Part shown: positions 9,011 to 13,887 of the stretch, piece by piece
Numbering within the stretch: position 1 is the first letter of the stretch
Layout of the letters: each line of letters starts with the position of its first letter
Source: Geosiphon pyriformis uo1
Lineage: Eukaryota > Fungi > Glomeromycota
Direction of reading: 5' to 3'
DNA length: 13,887 nucleotides
Assembly: GCA_016748015.1 (NCBI GenBank)
Contig: JAAOMT010000265.1
Span: forward strand, 1-13,887
Notes under the pieces: model-generated
What the model was told of the DNA's origin: nothing
Seen by the model: only the letters and a program-made list of their open reading frames with translations
Databases searched by the model: none
Made by a program: the position numbers and the translations under genes

Positions 9011-9536
9011 AAAATTCATGAGATATTTTAGTAACAATAATAGCATTAACTGCTTGGCAAATATCTTCACCACCATCAAGCAAAAAGAAACTAAAACAGT
9101 CATTACTTATTTAGAATGCTTCTATAAAAACTTGTACCAAATACAAGCAATTAATGCAAATTACTTTATAATACCACAAATTCTGAACCAGTTTATCCAT
9201 GGATTATACAGTAGTATCCTTCAGAATGTATGCCCAATACACCTGCAAACTCTCTAAGATGCAATTACTAATGCAAGAGATTTCAAATCTATCAAACTCG
9301 AAGCAAATCATGCCCAAGCCATTAATCTAGTAATGAATAGATCATCTAAATTAGATTTCAAGTTGAAACAATTCAGTGATTCCATTAATCAAAAATAGGA
9401 GGGATACTTAGCTAACAATTAGGCAATTTATCAATCTTCACAACAATGCAACAACCAAGGAAACATAAATCATTTTCAAAATCAGTTGCATTTATCATCA
9501 TTGACCAATCAGCAGTGGCAGCAGGAAACATGTATT

Positions 9537-9578
9537 TGCCATTATTGTGGTAAACAAGAACATTTGAGAATTGACTGC
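9537..9578 (+). other. CCHC zinc knuckle (nucleocapsid)
   Basis: TGC CAT TAT TGT GGT AAA CAA GAA CAT TTG AGA ATT GAC TGC = C-HY-C-GKQE-H-LRID-C (CX2CX4HX4C). Confidence 0.92.
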
Positions 9579-10184
9579 AGGTTAAAAATAAATAATCAAT
9601 AATTAGAAAATCAATACCAAAACTTTAATCATCAGTTCCAAATTCTGAATTATAAATCAAGCCCAGAACCATATCAACCAAATTACTTATTCATAATACA
9701 GCAGTCAATCTATCAACCACCAATTTATTAGCTTTCAGTATCCATAATTTATCAACCGCAGTCTTAAGTAATCTATCAGCCCTAACAAATTCAAACACTG
9801 CCATCTAATCCAGCTCAATTAATCACCAGAATTCAAAGACCAAAAGTCACTCATACTCAACAAAACTGGAGCTTGGTGATAGTTATGTATCAACTAATTT
9901 CTAATTCCTCAACCTAATTCTCAGAATCACAACAATAGAGTTTGAAAACAGGATATATTTAAAATCTGAATTTTCAGAACTATTTAAGTCTCTTGATTAC
10001 CCCAGTAGATGTTACATCTAACAACTTAAAAGCCAAACAAAAGCAGCCACTTACCAATAATATACTGCCAGCAACTATTATTAAAGACAAATCACTCACT
10101 GCCATCCTTTCTTTCAAACTCAAAGAACCAGTTAAAATGCCACTATTCAATAGAGCCACTTTAGAATTAAAACTCATTACTGCA

Positions 10185-10560
10185 ATGTATACAGATGCCA
10201 AAGTTGATGGGCAGTCTATTAAACCAATCTTAAATAGTAGATCAGCTGGCAGTATTATCACTCAACAACTCATAAATTAATTAGATCACTGAGTTAATCA
10301 CACTGCCAGTGCACAAATAATCACTGCCAATAAGGCAACAAAGACTCCAATAGATGAAATTAATAACTTCTTCTTTGAAATCAGTAGTATTATTGTGCCA
10401 ATCAAAGTCTTTGTCATGAAAGCCACCCAGTACTAAGCACTAGTTGGTAATGACTGGTTGTCTAAAACCAATGCTGTGCTTGACTGAAACATCCAGGAAC
10501 TACAACTTAATCAAAATGAGCAGCACACATGTGTACTAACCACATGCAGTCACTTTTAGA
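10185..10560 (+). pseudogene. pol: Retropepsin aspartic protease domain (degenerate)
   Basis: MYTDAKVDGQSIKPILNSRSAGSII: ILNSRS at 10227-10244 equals ILDSGS after two G>A changes. Followed by IITANKATKT and ALVGNDWLSKTNAVLD* (10437-10487). Confidence 0.88.
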
Positions 10561-10789
10561 CAAACATAACACCAACACCACTCATAGAATTCAAAAAAAA
10601 AAAAAAACCTATCTGAAAAGCCTATCAAGTCTCATGGGCCAATACTGATCACAACAAACTGCTATCAGTACTCTCTTGGGACAATAAAAAAAAAGGAAAA
10701 GAAGAGAACAAACTCAAGAAAACCACAGCCACAGAAAAATTAACCAGTGGCTGGGAACAATTCTATTTACATGAACTCATTAAGGAACC

Positions 10790-11450
10790 ACTATACATCT
10801 CACTTAAGTGCCAAGATTGCAGCAAGAAACTTTCTTCTATGAGAGCTTGGATAGCATCCAATAAAGACTACTGAATGCAAACCCATTATTACTACAAACC
10901 GTGTTACAGAGAACAGTATGACTACTCAAAACAACAAAGCAAGTGGGACAACAAATCATGTCTTGCTTGTGGAGAACAGTTGCTCGACAAAGAAATATGA
11001 AATAATATTCTTGGTTGAGGAGAAACATGCAATGCTTTATGCCAATACACAATTTTCATCAGCAACTAGATAAGTTGTGGGACTCTTATTACTGCAGCCT
11101 GGCACCAAGCAATTTCTCATTTGGATGGGTACTCACATAATGAAGACAAAATTTGGTGAATGACAAATGCCAAAGTTGAAGAAGCCACACCTAGCAAAAT
11201 CTTGAAAATTAAAAATAATCCTTCAAAACCAGTCAATATCATCCTTATCTCAAACTCAAATGCTTTACTTAACATAGAAACAGGCCCAAAGGAATTTTAT
11301 GAGCATTATTAGAATTTAGCACTTACAAGAAAGAGCAGAAACAGCACTTAGAAGAAATAAACACCCAATTATGTGACCACTGTTTGATCTCATATGACTT
11401 TTAATATTGTAATAAGTGTGATCTCATTTACAATCCACCACCATGCATGA
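10790..11450 (+). pseudogene. Uncharacterised Cys-rich (multi-CxxC, putative zinc-binding) insert between protease and dUTPase
   Basis: In the pol frame: CQDC (10809-10820), YKPC (10893-10904; TAC may derive from TGC), CLAC (10959-10970) and CNALC (11028-11042). After a 1-nt shift near 11331: CDHC (11372-11383) and CNKC (11408-11419). Confidence 0.65.
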
Positions 11451-11689
11451 TTTACATAATTCCAAAGAAAAAAAAACCAATCAGTAGTTGCATATTGGAA
11501 TCAGAATTATTGTTTAATCCTAATTCAAATTCCGACAATAATGACAACAAAAATAACAGTTCCAGCTCCATTTAAAATAACAATGAAAACAACAACAATT
11601 TAAACTCCAATTCAAATCCAAAACAATATATTGTGTTTCTTGACCTCACCAAGGAGCAGGAACTTAAATGGTTCAGCAATAATAATGAA

Positions 11690-12094
11690 GATATCATGCC
11701 AAAATGCACACATGATACTGATACAGAATTTAATCTAAGATATCCAGAAAAAGATGCCATTAAATTGGAACCACATTCATGTATCTGTATTGATCTCAAA
11801 GTAGCACTGAAAATCTCAGCAACAATAAAAGTTCAATTAGCATTTAGGAGTAGTTTAGCAAAAAAAAGAATCAACATTAAAAGAAGAATAATTAATGCAG
11901 AATATGTAGGAAGTATTATTGCAATGCTACAAAATAATTCAGAAAAGACCTATATAATAGAGCCAAATAAAAAGATAGCACAGACAATATTCCTGTCTCT
12001 GGTTAAAATAGCTCAATTAGTATCAGTAAGAAACAGGAAAGAATTAGAGATTACAGTTAGAGAAATACAAGAATTTGATCCACAGATAGAATAA
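11690..12094 (+). pseudogene. dut: Trimeric dUTPase domain within pol (degenerate)
   Basis: ORF 11633-12094 shows all five motifs after G>A reversion: DTEFNL (DAGFDL), RSSLAK, RRIINAEYVG (GGIIDAGYVG), KIAQ and REIQEF (RG..GFGS). Confidence 0.9.
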
Positions 12095-12579
12095 ATATAC
12101 CAGTCAATATGGCAGAGAAAAAAATTGTTGACAAAGGAGAAATTATCTCTACTCATCAACCAAACTCTATTCTATCATATGACTAGTACATGTTAGCCAT
12201 AAAAAAAAAAGTAAAAGATCAAGCTCAGTTGTTTGAAACAAATACAATTTTTTGTGAATCAGGAGAGATTGGACTCACCAATCTCTATATACCAGCCAAA
12301 AGCCCTAAAAACATTAAAATCTCCATTTATAAAAACACAGGAAATATTATCAAGATACCAGAAGAAACTACTATTGGATATTTAACCACCAAAATCAAAA
12401 ACCAACCACCAAACCTCATTTCAGACTTTCTACAACTGTGTGAATATGTTAACATAACATTACAAACAATCTACAGACAGAACAAATATTATTTGCTTCA
12501 ACCAAAACAATTAAAACAAATAAATCTGAAAAATTTAGACCCACTCTAGCATATGCAACTCAAAATATTACTTAACAAT

Positions 12580-13420
12580 TTTACTGATATTTTTGCAAGT
12601 AAAAATAAATTTGGCAGAATTAACATAATCCAACATCAGATTAAGACTAAAGACATAATGCCAATCAAACAAAAAGCATACTGAGTATTATTAGCCAGCC
12701 ATGAGATTATTCATCAAGAAATCAATCAGATATTAAACAACAAGTTAATTCAATCATTAATAAGTCTATGGTTATTACCTGTAGTACTAGTCTATAAAAA
12801 AAATGAAAAAATCCACTTTTGTGTGAATTACTGGAAACTGAATAGAGTAACAAAAAAAGATAGCTATCTAACTCCAAAAATTTAAGAACTTTTCGATGCT
12901 TTTAGAGAAAAAAAATGGTTCTCAACTTTAGACTTAAACAGTGGTTATTGGCAAGTAGCCATAAAACCAGAAGATAAGAAAAAAATGACATTTACAATAT
13001 AAGAAGAAAATTTTGAGTTTGAAGTAATGCTGTTTGACTTGATGAATACCTTAGCAATATTCCAACAGCTTATAGAAATTGTCTATACTGGACTGCTACA
13101 GAAATCAATAATTATGTATTTAGATAATACCAATATGTTCTCAAAGACATTTGATGACTATCTTCATTATTTACAGCAAGTATTTGAGAGACTAAGAAAA
13201 GCAGAGCTAAAGCTAAACATCAACAAATGTTTCTTTGAAAAAACAGAACTAAAATTCTTGGGACATGTTGTAAGTAAAAACGATATCAAAACAGATCTGG
13301 ATAAAATTGCAATAATAAAGAACTTTTTAGTACCAACCAACTTGATAGAACTGAGAGCATTTTTGGGATTTGCAGGCTATTATTGCCGTTTTATCAAGAA
13401 CTTTTTTAAACTGGCTTAGC
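12580..13420 (+). pseudogene. pol: Reverse transcriptase domain (degenerate)
   Basis: Motifs IQHQIKT...PIKQKAY, W..PVVLV.KK...HFCVNYWKLN, LDLNSGYWQV (12928-12957), MLFDLMN (MPFGL.N), YLDN (13117-13128; from YLDD), KCFF...FLGHVV and LRAFLGFAGYYCRFI. Confidence 0.97.
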
Positions 13421-13548
13421 CATTCCACCATCTACAAACCAAGAATGTGAAGTACAAATAGACAGAAGTTTAACAAAAAGCTTTCAATACATTAAGAAGA
13501 AAGCTTATCTAAGCATCAATATTAATCTATTTAGATTATAACAAATCA

Positions 13549-13865
13549 TTCATTATTATTATTAATGCATTAGATCAAGCATTGGGAGCTGTACTATCTT
13601 AGAAAAAACCAGATAGAAGAAAACACCCAGTAGTATATGCTAGTCACAACTTGAGTTTACAGAAAAGAACTATGGAACACTGGCACTAAAACACTTAGCA
13701 ATCTATTGAGCAGTCATAAAATAGAGAAAATACTTGAATCAAAAATTTGACATATACACAAACCATAAGAGTTTGACTTCAATTTAGAAGCAGGAATTTA
13801 AAAATAATTGCTATGCTAAATAGAAAATAGAACTTTTACTATTTAATTATACAGTACATTACAAA
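13549..13865 (+). pseudogene. pol: RNase H domain (Ty3-type, degenerate)
   Basis: FIIIINALDQALGAVLS* (cf. TDAS...GAVL.Q), HPVVYASHNL, a frameshift near 13655, then EKNY...LAIY*AV.K*RKYL...FDIYTNHKSL (TDH.SL). Confidence 0.9.
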
Positions 13866-13887
13866 AAAAAAAAAAAAAAAAAAAAAC

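Larger units (their letters stand above)
7838..9990 (+). pseudogene. gag: Degenerate gag of element B (N-terminal extension, capsid domain, CCHC nucleocapsid, Q/P-rich tail); 8466-9010 inverted
   Basis: ORF 7904-8248 continues through stops. The capsid-like segment lies on the minus strand inside the inversion (PITKIEKFTGKENNAQV*LNNIKKAIRANR*NNDRALQVISYFL*DTTDSWCQNLAAKPQTFQEFKL). It resumes on + as FMRYFSNNNSINCLANIFTTIKQKETKTVITYLECF...QFIHGL. A zinc knuckle follows. Confidence 0.85.
6903..13887 (+). mobile_element. Ty3/Gypsy (Metaviridae) LTR retrotransposon B, dUTPase-encoding, degenerate, truncated by the window end
   Basis: LTR + PBS + gag(CCHC) + PR + dUTPase + RT + RNase H. There is no integrase between PR and RT, so the order is gypsy rather than copia. 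Confidence 0.95.

Noticed and set aside
7782-11799. Minus-strand ORFs 7782-7973, 9980-10261, 10837-11052 and 11572-11799
   Set aside because: They are shadows of the + strand gag-pol frame with no independent motifs.
9990-13860. Alternative genetic code (TGA=Trp) making pol intact
   Set aside because: TAA and TAG also interrupt the frame, catalytic residues are mutated and there are frameshifts, so this is decay rather than recoding.
13864-13886. Poly(A) tail of a LINE or processed transcript
   Set aside because: It falls in frame at the end of RNase H (HY-K...), where a purine-rich K/G/K stretch is expected. G>A mutation plus slippage or a homopolymer error explains it, and the window edge prevents further checks.

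Overview
Very AT-rich eukaryotic DNA, most likely fungal. The protein relics resemble families I recall from Glomeromycotina such as Geosiphon; this is an inference, not a search result. No intact gene is present, and everything is eroded by C>T/G>A transitions. Bases 1-~5300 hold decayed host-gene paralogues: an Ig-like-domain fragment (-), a possible HMG-box relic (-) and a class-3-lipase-like pseudogene (+). From ~5600 to the end are two related, nested Ty3/Gypsy LTR retrotransposons on the + strand. Element A (LTR ending 6294, PBS, 5' gag) is interrupted at 6902/6903 by element B. Element B has an 843-bp LTR TGTTAC...GTAACA (6903-7745), a duplicated PBS, gag with a ~545-bp internal inversion and a CCHC knuckle, then protease, an unusual multi-CxxC insert, dUTPase, a possible second degenerate dUTPase-like fold, RT and RNase H. 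Its integrase and 3' LTR would lie beyond the window. The most notable signals are a conserved PBS/anti-PBS hairpin ending in a tRNA-like CCA that also covers the probable gag start codon, the Cys-rich domain plus dUTPase cargo in pol, covarying RNA stems in the LTR and HSE-like U3 repeats.
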